A stretch of DNA of 64,000 nucleotides from assembly GCA_963815455.1 (NCBI GenBank), contig CAWFGO010000001.1, positions 960,001 to 1,024,000 of the forward strand, read 5' to 3'. A program made the translations under genes and the position numbers. The DNA comes from an uncultured Verrucomicrobiae bacterium (GTDB lineage Bacteria > Verrucomicrobiota > Verrucomicrobiia > Chthoniobacterales > UBA10450). Under the pieces are notes generated by a model. The model saw nothing but the letters and a program-made list of their open reading frames with translations. It had not been told where the DNA came from and ran no database searches. Shown here one piece after another: positions 40,227 to 49,052 of this stretch (positions are counted from its first letter, which is position 1; the number at the start of each line of letters is the position of its first letter).

Positions 40227-41759
40227 TCAGTATGTAATCCCGCGGGCTGGATCGGAGTTATCCTCGAACCAGCTGGCATAAGAGTAGTTGGCCACGCCGT
40301 TGGTTCCACGCAGGCTTGTATCGAAAGAGAACGTGGCGCTTCCCGACAAGGTTAGATTGTCCGCCAGGACAGCGCCGGTAAAATTTCCGCTGCCCGAGAT
40401 TGTCACCTGGGCCCCAGGTGCATTGACCGTGCCCGCAAAATCGGAGCTGCTTGATATCGTGACTTTGTTGTTGCCGACGCCGATTATTTCGAAGTTGTTA
40501 GCCGTGGAGCTCTGATTATTGTATGAGCCCCCACTGATGGTCACGTCCTTGTCCACGATCCAGGTTACGGCAACATTACTATTTTGATTAATCGAGCTGC
40601 CCCCGGAGAGGGTGAGTTTGCCCGTGACCCAGATAATGACGTATTTGGTAGCGCCGCTCGCGTTTGCGACCAGGTTGAAAAGGCCGCCGCCCGAAACCGT
40701 GAAGTCGCCGCTGACTTTGATCAACGTCGGATTGGCCGACGGACCGCTGGCGGTGAAAGTGCTGACCGTCTGGTTCAACGAATTCTTGGGAAGCCCACCG
40801 CCGCCCGTGTAGTTGGTATAGTTACCAACCGCATAAACAGGCAAATTTACCTGCTCGGAGCTCGTATACTGCTGCAAGTTATTTTTCGATCCCCAGCCGC
40901 TCACGGTGGGATCGACTGTCGCGACGAAGCCAGGGTTAAACGGCGATTCGATGTTACCTTGAACGTTGGTGGTGCCCTTTATCACAGGGCCGCTGTACTG
41001 GATGCCGCCGTAAACGTACATACCCCTAAGATCAGAGCTGGCGCTGTCCGCCAGGCCAATGTCGCTATAGACAGTCGCGCTGCCACTCATCGAGATCCAG
41101 TTGGCCAGGGTGATTCCGCGGGGCCAGTTGTTGTTATTCAGCACCGGTTTTGCCACTAACTCGATCCGGCGCACCGCCTGCGGCTGTGTCACGCTTCCGC
41201 TACCGAGGCGGTCGTAGCGCAGACTAATCTTGCGCAAATCGTTATCCAGCTTGTTCGCAGATACCCGGGCTGGTCCCGGTGCCGGCACATACCCGGCCGA
41301 GCGGATACGATAGGCCTGACCGCCATTGCTGAGATTCGACGACACCGGGGAGATCGACCCGTTATCTACGGTGACTCGCGTGGTGACCGAATTGCCCGCC
41401 TCGCCCTCGAGAGCTAAGCTGGAAGAGTAATAGTAATATTGGTTGGCCCCCGGCTTGACTGAATAACCGCTCGGGAATGGAGTGGCGGTGGGGTTCGGCT
41501 GGCCGCCGGGTAACGACGACGAAGAAACAGGATACCATCCGGTCCAGTCTCCCTTGTTAAGTGCATTCATGGCCAGATCGACGCCAGCTTCCGCGCCGCA
41601 CATGGCTTGCTGCCAGCTCGTGGTTTGCGTCGTCGCGTTCGCATTCTGCGACGTGACATACAAACTGGTCGCACAGATCAGCGTCAGGATGGTGATCGTT
41701 ATCATCGCCATCATCAGGATGCTGCCGTTTTCTCTTTGGTTAGATTCTGTTTTCATCAT
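40227..41759 (-). CDS. PilX/GspK-like minor pseudopilin with a beta-helical C-terminal domain
   Basis: ENG|SILMMAMITITIL leader, A..GAEAGV..A PilX motif, repeated (V/I)T(I/L)SG(G/S) strands. Confidence 0.7.
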   Translation of the reverse strand: MMKTESNQRENGSILMMAMITITILTLICATSLYVTSQNANATTQTTSWQQAMCGAEAGVDLAMNALNKGDWTGWYPVSSSSLPGGQPNPTATPFPSGYSVKPGANQYYYYSSSLALEGEAGNSVTTRVTVDNGSISPVSSNLSNGGQAYRIRSAGYVPAPGPARVSANKLDNDLRKISLRYDRLGSGSVTQPQAVRRIELVAKPVLNNNNWPRGITLANWISMSGSATVYSDIGLADSASSDLRGMYVYGGIQYSGPVIKGTTNVQGNIESPFNPGFVATVDPTVSGWGSKNNLQQYTSSEQVNLPVYAVGNYTNYTGGGGLPKNSLNQTVSTFTASGPSANPTLIKVSGDFTVSGGGLFNLVANASGATKYVIIWVTGKLTLSGGSSINQNSNVAVTWIVDKDVTISGGSYNNQSSTANNFEIIGVGNNKVTISSSSDFAGTVNAPGAQVTISGSGNFTGAVLADNLTLSGSATFSFDTSLRGTNGVANYSYASWFEDNSDPARGITY

Positions 41760-41762
41760 TTT

Positions 41763-42377
41763 TTATTGGCGGGCTTTTCCATTTCTCAAAAAAGTTTCGG
41801 CATACACCGTCGTGCCGGCGATGACCGGATTCACGGTCTTGAACCTCGGTGAAAAAGTTACGCTGCATTTGACCGTGCTGGCGCCGGATCCGGCGGTCAC
41901 GCTGGCATTGAAGCTCGAGACGTCGGTCGCGATCGCCTTGGCGCAGTTGCTCCAGGCGGCCCCGGCACCGCATTTGGTTGCGCTGCCGCCTACCTGGCGC
42001 ATGAACTCGTTGCCGGTCGCGCTTTTGTAATAAGAAATGTCTGTCGTGCCCGAACCGTACTGAAGGGAGGAACCGTTGTAGGTTGGGGCCACAGGATTGC
42101 CGTTTGAATCGTAATAGTTCGGCACTGAGACAGTGAGGGTCTGCGTACCGCTGTTCCACGAAACGCTGGTGGCGCGGCGGCAGTCCATGGCGATGTAATC
42201 CTGGACGCGGAGCTGATCGCCGGTGGCGATCGAGTATCCTTCCACGGCGGCGAAGCTGCGCTGCAAAGCGGTACTGGCTGCCAGCAATGCGGCCAGAACC
42301 ATCGATCCGCAGCCCATTGCCATCATCATTTCAACGAGGGTAAACCCGAAACGGGTGTGTTTTTGAGATCTCTTCAT
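41763..42377 (-). CDS. PilW/GspJ-like prepilin
   Basis: Class III leader G|FTLVEMM; ends in FLRN. Confidence 0.8.
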   Translation of the reverse strand: MKRSQKHTRFGFTLVEMMMAMGCGSMVLAALLAASTALQRSFAAVEGYSIATGDQLRVQDYIAMDCRRATSVSWNSGTQTLTVSVPNYYDSNGNPVAPTYNGSSLQYGSGTTDISYYKSATGNEFMRQVGGSATKCGAGAAWSNCAKAIATDVSSFNASVTAGSGASTVKCSVTFSPRFKTVNPVIAGTTVYAETFLRNGKARQ

Positions 42378-42958
42378 TGGCCAATGTTTCCAACAGTGAA
42401 AATCGAGGAGAGTTGGCGCTTACGCTCGCGGCCGTTTGCGCTGGTCCACGTCTCAAGAATGTCCACCTTTAACATGCTCACCGTTCCGGCGGCTACCTGG
42501 TTATCGAGATCATGATTCTCCGAGATTGTCTGCCCCCCATTATGCTGTTTGTCCCAGGACAGGACGGTCGGCGTGGGTGAGGGACTGGGGACCGGATACT
42601 GATTGACTGTGAGTTGCTCGGTGACCGAACCCAGGGCCGCGAACGGATCGATCGTCGCTCCGCTTCCATCCGTGGCGGTACACACCTTCAAGATGTGGTC
42701 CTTAACGTAATCCTTATGGGCGATATCCGAGAAAGCCGTGGCCCGGAAGACTTCCATCCGCCATTGCATAGCCATGGTCGCGGCGGTGGTTTCCTTTTGC
42801 GCTTTAAGGGCGATAAGCAGGTGCTGGTTAGTGGCAAAAGCCGCCAAGCCAAACAAGGCGGTCACGCCCATGGCAATGGCCACCTCGGCTATGGTGAACC
42901 CGTGAGAGGCTCGGGAACCCCTGGCCAACCTGGCAGGTTGCATTGGCTTAGTCATCAT
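42374..42958 (-). CDS. PilV/GspI-like prepilin
   Basis: Class III leader G|FTIAEVAIAM. Confidence 0.75.
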   Translation of the reverse strand: MMTKPMQPARLARGSRASHGFTIAEVAIAMGVTALFGLAAFATNQHLLIALKAQKETTAATMAMQWRMEVFRATAFSDIAHKDYVKDHILKVCTATDGSGATIDPFAALGSVTEQLTVNQYPVPSPSPTPTVLSWDKQHNGGQTISENHDLDNQVAAGTVSMLKVDILETWTSANGRERKRQLSSIFTVGNIGQ

Positions 42959-42973
42959 TTGTCAGCCTATAAA

Positions 42974-42989
42974 AGCAATAAATATGCCC
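42974..42989 (-). promoter_or_regulatory. sigma54-like promoter of the prepilin trio
   Basis: GGGCATATTTATTGCT (GG-N10-GC). Confidence 0.65.
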
Positions 42990-43058
42990 AACAACCGTAA
43001 TTCAACGGTTCGGCCGATTCTACGGCGCCTGGGATTGCCTTACGCGACTGACCGGCCC

Positions 43059-43760
43059 CTATCGAACAGTTGAGCCCGGCTTTCGGCCCCGACGGCGTTG
43101 CGCCCGCGTCAATTCAAAGAACACGCAAACGAACACTGGGATCAGCGGCCAAAGGCTGGAGGCTTCGGGCACGGAGGAGAGCACCCCATAGGTAGCGACG
43201 TTGTCCAAATAGAACTGCCCCCCGGGCCCGCCGGCATTCCAGCCATAAAAGAGGAAAGTCGCCGAGGTTACATTATCTGCATCGGTCAACGGAGTGAAGT
43301 TGAAGGCAAACGCGGTAAAACTGCTGCTGTCTGGCGGCGCAAAATCAAATGTGGCGTAAGCCGTTGCCGATCCATTCAGGAACAAGGCAACCTCGGCGTT
43401 GGCTGGACCGGTACTGGAAATTCGGCCTTCGAACGTAAGGCTGGTGAGATTCAAGACCAAACCCACGTTAGCCGTAATGGTAAAGCCTTCATATTGGGCT
43501 GGATTGATCACTCCCGTCTGGTTCCAATTATTGGTGCCAAAGGTGTTGTTGCCGCCGGCGCTGGACACAACGCCCAGATCGGCCGTGCGGGTAAAGTCGC
43601 CAAAGGTCGCACCGGTTGGCTGGGGAAAGGATTGATTGGCGGCGAGACCCGAGCCCGGCGAGCCTGGAAAATCGTAGAGGAACAACAGGCTGGCCCGCAG
43701 TGTCGAACAGGAAAGCGCAGTTGCGAGGGAGAAAAGAAGGAGAAGCTTTGAGGAGCGCAT
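43059..43760 (-). CDS. Secreted PEP-CTERM-like surface protein
   Basis: Signal peptide; C-terminal VPEASSLW + TM + RRRGRK. Confidence 0.75.
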   Translation of the reverse strand: MRSSKLLLLFSLATALSCSTLRASLLFLYDFPGSPGSGLAANQSFPQPTGATFGDFTRTADLGVVSSAGGNNTFGTNNWNQTGVINPAQYEGFTITANVGLVLNLTSLTFEGRISSTGPANAEVALFLNGSATAYATFDFAPPDSSSFTAFAFNFTPLTDADNVTSATFLFYGWNAGGPGGQFYLDNVATYGVLSSVPEASSLWPLIPVFVCVFFELTRAQRRRGRKPGSTVR

Positions 43761-43784
43761 AATCACAAAATCACGATTCGGTTG

Positions 43785-43800
43785 AGCAAATGGCAGGCCA
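43785..43800 (-). promoter_or_regulatory. sigma54-like promoter
   Basis: TGGCCTGCCATTTGCT. Confidence 0.65.
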
Positions 43801-43812
43801 GAAACCTTTCGT

Positions 43813-44472
43813 TCAAAGCGGACTCACAACGGCGACCGGCGGCAGCCCGGGGACATCGCCTGCAGTTCCAAATGGAAATGCCGAATAGCCAAGCTCGGCC
43901 GGAACAAAACTGAACGCGCTGACCTGAGCCACATCAAACGGGCGCCGGGTCTTGAGCCGAGTCCATCTCAACGCCACATAGCGGGCGTTAGTCGGCTCAA
44001 AATCCACGGTGGCGTTGCCGGGGTCCGGAGGATCGACAATGGACGCAAACGGCTTCACGTATTCAAGGCCGGCCGGATCCTTTGGTCGCTCGTTCAACAG
44101 ATAAATATCGAGGCGCACAACTTCCGCGGTAAATACCGCGCTGACCCGGTGCAGCCGCTGGCTTTCGGCCAACTCGACGATAACTATTGGAGACGTGTCG
44201 TTACCGGCAAAGCGAAAAGCGGTCCCGAGGTCGTCATCGATCATGCGAACGGCCAGGAGCTTCGGGCCAGAGCTGACGTAGGCGATTCGAGCACGGGCGT
44301 GCAACTTGGCCCAATTATACTGGGGCGTATCCGCCCGAACCAGGACGCTGGGAACAACGGCTGGGTCGGCTTCAACAGCCTTGACAGGGGAAACGCAAAG
44401 AGTTCCGGCGGAGATTCCGGCAAGACTGCCTACGACGAGAGCCCGGCGGAGAGAGCAAAGGAGAAATCGCAT
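43813..44472 (-). CDS. Secreted discoidin/F5-8-like beta-sandwich protein
   Basis: Signal peptide; MIDDD..T.F, FEPTNARYVALRW, V.QVSAF; start ATG 44472. Confidence 0.55.
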   Translation of the reverse strand: MRFLLCSLRRALVVGSLAGISAGTLCVSPVKAVEADPAVVPSVLVRADTPQYNWAKLHARARIAYVSSGPKLLAVRMIDDDLGTAFRFAGNDTSPIVIVELAESQRLHRVSAVFTAEVVRLDIYLLNERPKDPAGLEYVKPFASIVDPPDPGNATVDFEPTNARYVALRWTRLKTRRPFDVAQVSAFSFVPAELGYSAFPFGTAGDVPGLPPVAVVSPL

Positions 44473-44487
44473 AACGATCCCTCCCAA

Positions 44488-44503
44488 AGCTTAGATTGGG
44501 CCA
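44488..44503 (-). promoter_or_regulatory. sigma54-like promoter
   Basis: TGGCCCAATCTAAGCT (GG-N10-GC), 15 nt upstream of the ATG. Confidence 0.5.
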
Positions 44504-44520
44504 ACCGCAGTGATCGGACG

Positions 44521-46281
44521 TCAGTTGCCGGCGGCTATTTCTTTTTGGGCTTTTTCCACGAGCGCTTGTTCTTCCGGCAGCAAATTCGCCTTCGCGCCAA
44601 GATCGAGATATTTTTTTGCCTCCGCTTTTTCGCCCACGCCGACGAGGAACACGCCGTAGTATGCTGCTACGGACGGATCATGCAGTTGCTCGTCCGTTAA
44701 TCCAGCCATGACCCTGGCTGCTCCCGTGGCGTCGCCTTTTTCGTAGAGGGAGTAAGCGTAAGTTGCGGCAAAGGAAGCATTGTTCGCCTCCTTGCGATAA
44801 AGGTCCGCGGCAAGTTTTCGGGCCCGATCCACGTCGGCATCGAGCAGGAGCGCAATCTGCGCGAGATTATTTTGCACCTTAAGATCGGCCGGGTTCATCT
44901 CGAAAAGGCGAAGCAAGACGCGATAGAGTCCCTGCGTATCTTTTGCCTGGGCGTAGTGCAGATACAGGCCCTGCAGAGCTTCGGATTGCGCGTCGGCATT
45001 TTTCGAAATCTGCCAGAGCAAATCCAGCGCTTCTTTTTTCCATTTCCATTCCGCCGCGGTCCGAGCCAGCGACAGCAGATATTCGCTCTGGCTTCCGGCG
45101 GCTTTGATGGCAGTCGACCACTCGCGCTCCGCTGCCACCGTTTTATCTTGTTCTCGCAACGATCGCGCCAGATACGCATGTCGAAGGTAATCGGCTTCCC
45201 GCCAATTCGCCGATTTCGTTGCCTCTTCGAGATTCCGCCATTCGCCGAGCCGCGTGTAAATGTCGGCCACGGCCAGCGGCACGGGCCATTTTTCCATGGT
45301 CTCGGCGGGCACGCTTTTCACGAAATCGAGGGCCAGGAGATTCAGGTTACTTTGACTCATCCAAGCCAAAAGGCCGGCCAGATCGGTAGGTTTTTCCGCG
45401 GCGCTCTTTTCGAAATCGGTCAAATATTTCGTGAACTCCGGATTCTGAAGTTGGCGCAAGAAGCCCAGGAAAAGAAGCCGATCGCTTAAGGTCGCATCCG
45501 GGTAAGCCTGGAGCTCGCGCGCGAGTTCGAGCAAGTGCTGCGCGTCTTCTTGGCGCGCGATTCCGTCGTTGATCAGCGCCCGGGTGGCGGCGCCGCGATG
45601 TTGTTGATCGTCGCGCAGGGCCGTCAAGATCGCCTTGCCCGATGCATGTCGATCCTCATTCGTCGCGGGCAATCGCAGGATACCGAGTTGAAGTTGATAA
45701 CTTTTTTCGCCCGGCATCAGCTCCAACGCCTTGGTCCATTCGCTGTCCGCTTGTTCCTCCTGGCCGTGAGCCTGGGCCAAAAGCGCGCCCACGGCGTGGT
45801 AACCGGCACTGTGCCGGCCGGCTTCATCGATCGAGGACAGGACGCGTTCGGCCGTCGCGGGATCGTTGAACTGAAGAGAGCATCGGGCCCAGGCCAGCTT
45901 GTCCTCTACCGAATCGGGCTGCAAATCCGCCACCCTGTGACGCCAGTCCAGTGCGACCCGATTTCCAGTTTTCTCCGCCAATTCGGCCATGACCCGGGCA
46001 GCCGGCACACTGCCCGGTTTGAGTTCCAGGACGTTGCGCGCGGCCAGGCTTGCCGTGCGTTGGTCGCCGTGTTCCAGCGCCACCAGAGCCCGCCGAGTCA
46101 ACCGCGTTTCCTGCCACCGAACATAGAGATTGTGGCCGCCCCAAATCAGCGCGATCAACAAGATGAGCCCGGCCAGGCTGCCGAGCGAAAGTTTCAGATA
46201 AAAGCGCTCCGTGCGTGCGTGCGAAACTTCCGCCCGGCCGGCCCGCGTTTTGGAAATTGGAACCTGCAATTTGGGATTCAT
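44521..46281 (-). CDS. Membrane-anchored TPR protein (paralog 2)
   Basis: ERFYLKL + TM, then WPVPL, VQNNLAQ, TYAYSLY, LLPEE. Confidence 0.8.
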   Translation of the reverse strand: MNPKLQVPISKTRAGRAEVSHARTERFYLKLSLGSLAGLILLIALIWGGHNLYVRWQETRLTRRALVALEHGDQRTASLAARNVLELKPGSVPAARVMAELAEKTGNRVALDWRHRVADLQPDSVEDKLAWARCSLQFNDPATAERVLSSIDEAGRHSAGYHAVGALLAQAHGQEEQADSEWTKALELMPGEKSYQLQLGILRLPATNEDRHASGKAILTALRDDQQHRGAATRALINDGIARQEDAQHLLELARELQAYPDATLSDRLLFLGFLRQLQNPEFTKYLTDFEKSAAEKPTDLAGLLAWMSQSNLNLLALDFVKSVPAETMEKWPVPLAVADIYTRLGEWRNLEEATKSANWREADYLRHAYLARSLREQDKTVAAEREWSTAIKAAGSQSEYLLSLARTAAEWKWKKEALDLLWQISKNADAQSEALQGLYLHYAQAKDTQGLYRVLLRLFEMNPADLKVQNNLAQIALLLDADVDRARKLAADLYRKEANNASFAATYAYSLYEKGDATGAARVMAGLTDEQLHDPSVAAYYGVFLVGVGEKAEAKKYLDLGAKANLLPEEQALVEKAQKEIAAGN

Positions 46282-46476
46282 CAGAACAAAAAACGCCGCA
46301 CCCGACCTAAGCATCTGCTATTCCGCCAACCGTATCAAACCGGGCGAGGCCCTCGGGATCGCCTCGGAAACGCCCTCCCTGTGGGGCCAAAAACGGGACC
46401 ATTTTTCCCAAGAAAAATAGTATTGACGTGATCGGGCAAAATCCCTAAAACCGAGCCTGAATATAGGGAATTCATC

Positions 46477-47169
46477 ATGAACATACTCCACTCGAATCGT
46501 CTTTTGAGAAATTCACTCAGGGTTTTGGCCGTTGTCGTTTGCCTGGCGGGGTCTTCCGCCTGGGCGGCATTCACAACTTGGGATTTGAATCCGGACAACC
46601 TCAACGCGTCGGTCAACTCGCCCAGCCACCCTTTTACTGTCGATGGACACACCATCACAGCCTACGGCTACGATAACCAGAACGGCGTCGGGAATGCGCA
46701 TGTGCTCTACTTCAAAAGTGATCCGAGTGAGCTCGACGAACGCGGCCTTGGACTGATCGGCACTCCGCATAACGAATTACAGGCGGGCCCGAACGGACCG
46801 CTTCATTTCATTCAGCTGGATCTAAGTTCAATCATCGCGGCCGGCTTTATTAACGGCAGAATCTCGGTCGGCAGCGTTCAGCCCGGAGAATTATTCCAGA
46901 TTTACGGGTCCAACCAGCTCGGCATGCTTGGTACCGCGTTGTTCGCCAACCCGCTCGGAAGCGATTCTGATACTGAATTTGTGGCCATCCCCGATTTTGG
47001 GACCTATCACTACATCTCGATCGCTGCTCTGGCGCTCGATGTGCTCCCGGTCGCATTTCAGGCTGAGCTCGTCCCGATCCCCGAAGCCGCCAGCTTTGTT
47101 CCGGTCGCTCTGTTGGCCATCGGCATAGTCCTGGTCGAGGTTCGCCGTCGGCGTCGCGCCACTGCGTAG
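46477..47169 (+). CDS. Secreted PEP-CTERM-like surface protein
   Basis: Signal peptide; C-terminal IPEAASF + TM + RRRRR. Confidence 0.8.
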   Translation: MNILHSNRLLRNSLRVLAVVVCLAGSSAWAAFTTWDLNPDNLNASVNSPSHPFTVDGHTITAYGYDNQNGVGNAHVLYFKSDPSELDERGLGLIGTPHNELQAGPNGPLHFIQLDLSSIIAAGFINGRISVGSVQPGELFQIYGSNQLGMLGTALFANPLGSDSDTEFVAIPDFGTYHYISIAALALDVLPVAFQAELVPIPEAASFVPVALLAIGIVLVEVRRRRRATA

Positions 47170-47193
47170 GCCAGCCATTGTCGATCTTGCTGC

Positions 47194-47219
47194 CGGGGAC
47201 GACCTCTAGGTCGTCCCCG
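47194..47219. terminator. Hairpin between convergent genes
   Basis: CGGGGACGACC-TCTA-GGTCGTCCCCG. Confidence 0.6.
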
Positions 47220-47256
47220 CTCAGTTTCATCGGCCCTCGGTCACACGTAGTGCGGC

Positions 47257-48960
47257 CTACTTAAGAGAGTCTTGCGCTTTCGCGACCAGTTCTCTTTCTT
47301 CCGGCAGAAGTTTGGCCGAATCAACCAGGCTCAGGTACTCGCGCGCTTTCTCGGTTTCCCCCACCGCGGCCAGAAGCACACCGTAGTAGGTAGCCAGAGC
47401 CGGTTTGCGCAGTTCCTCCTCGCTCAGATGACTCATGACATTCAGGGCCTCGCTCGCATCGCCTTTAATGTACAATGCGAAGGCGTAAGTGGACGCATAT
47501 TCCGGGTTCGACGGTTCTTGCGCATAAATTTCAGCGGCAACCCGGCTGGCCCGCTCGACATCTGCATTCAAGAGCAGGCGAAGTTGGGCGAGATTGTTTT
47601 GGACCCGTCGATCTCCAGGCATCAGCTCGGCCAGTCGCGTCAGAACTCGATATAGACCCGGGGTGTCGCCCGTTCTGATATACTCTCGATAAAGGCCATC
47701 GAGCGCTTCCAATTGAGCCTCGGGATGCTTCGATAACATCCAAAGCAAATCCAGACTTTCTTTTTTCCAGCCCCATCGCAACACCGTTTGCGAAAGCACC
47801 GATAGCAACTGCGTTTGGTTACCAGCCAGTTTTTGAGCAGCGGTCCATTCCCGATCCGCGTCTGTAACTCTGCCTTCCTCTCGAAAAGCGCGGGACAGAT
47901 ACGCGTGGCGAAGGAAATCGAACGGTCCCCAGTCCTTGCCCTTTAGGAAATCCTCCAGTTTGTCCCAGTCGGCCAATCGATCGTAAGATCCCGCGATTGT
48001 TAATGGCACCGGCCATTTCGTCACCACATCGGTTGGCAAACTGCGCACAAAATCGAGTGCCACCAGACCCATCCCATTTGCGTTCATCCAGGAAAGAACA
48101 GCGGCCAGATCCGCCGGTTTGGATGCCGACTCGTTTTCGGTTTCGGTAAGATACCGAGTGAACTCCGGATCGCGCAGTTGTCGCAGAAAATCCAGATATA
48201 GAAGACGATCGCTCAACGTCGCCTCCGGATAACTTTGAAGCTCGCGCGCCAGACCCGCCAATTCCAGGCCCGCCGCGCGATGCGCTACGCCATCGAGAAT
48301 CAGCGCTCGAGTCGCAGCGGCCCGCTGACTCTTATCGCCGCGCAATTTCTCCAGCATGGCCAACCCAGCTTTGCGTTTGGCTCCATTGTCGATCTTCAAC
48401 AGAACCAGCCCGAGCTTCAGTTGATAAAATGTGTTCTCCGGCGCCAGCTTCACGGCCTGGGCCCAATGGTTTTCCGCCTCGGCCATCTCTTTTTTTGCCT
48501 CCGCCAACCGTCCAGCCGAAGCGTGGAATTCAGCCGTCTGACGCGCTTTCTCGTCGAGTCGGCCGAGGGTTTTTTCGGCAGCGGCGACATCGTTGAATTG
48601 CAATAGGCAATTCACCAAAGCGAGGGTGTCTGCAGTTGAATCCGGTTCGCGCTCGCTCGCTTGCCGCCGCCAGGCCAGGGCGCTTCGGTCATTCGCGCGT
48701 TCGGCCACGTCAGCTACTACCCGAATGGCGGCAATGCAGGATGGATCCAATTGCAAGGCCCGGCGCGCGGAGAGCGCCGATTGCCGCAAGTCGCCGCCGC
48801 TCAGGTAGGCCGCAGCCCGCCGGGCCAGGTGTCGCGACTCAAAAACACAGTAGAGACGATATCCGCCCCAGCAGACAAAGATAAAGAGGACAAAGCCTAT
48901 GAGGCCCCCAAGCGCCAGTTTGATAAACGTGCGCTGTTTGCGTTCTTCCGGCCGTCCCAC
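47257..48960 (-). CDS. Membrane-anchored TPR protein (paralog 3)
   Basis: QRTFIKL + TM, YPEATLSDRL, WPVPL, VQNNLAQL, LLPEE. Confidence 0.8.
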   Translation of the reverse strand: MGRPEERKQRTFIKLALGGLIGFVLFIFVCWGGYRLYCVFESRHLARRAAAYLSGGDLRQSALSARRALQLDPSCIAAIRVVADVAERANDRSALAWRRQASEREPDSTADTLALVNCLLQFNDVAAAEKTLGRLDEKARQTAEFHASAGRLAEAKKEMAEAENHWAQAVKLAPENTFYQLKLGLVLLKIDNGAKRKAGLAMLEKLRGDKSQRAAATRALILDGVAHRAAGLELAGLARELQSYPEATLSDRLLYLDFLRQLRDPEFTRYLTETENESASKPADLAAVLSWMNANGMGLVALDFVRSLPTDVVTKWPVPLTIAGSYDRLADWDKLEDFLKGKDWGPFDFLRHAYLSRAFREEGRVTDADREWTAAQKLAGNQTQLLSVLSQTVLRWGWKKESLDLLWMLSKHPEAQLEALDGLYREYIRTGDTPGLYRVLTRLAELMPGDRRVQNNLAQLRLLLNADVERASRVAAEIYAQEPSNPEYASTYAFALYIKGDASEALNVMSHLSEEELRKPALATYYGVLLAAVGETEKAREYLSLVDSAKLLPEERELVAKAQDSLK

Positions 48961-49025
48961 AGAGCGCCACAGTAATGTGTCGCGTTCGGCAAAGTCAATT
49001 TACTCCGCGGCTGCGGAGTGGAATC

Positions 49026-49041
49026 GGGCGTGCAAGCTGCT
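49026..49041 (+). promoter_or_regulatory. Possible sigma54-like promoter of the exosortase
   Basis: GGGCGTGCAAGCTGCT (GG-N10-GC) ending 11 nt before ATG 49053. Confidence 0.4.
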
Positions 49042-49052
49042 ATGGGTTGCGC

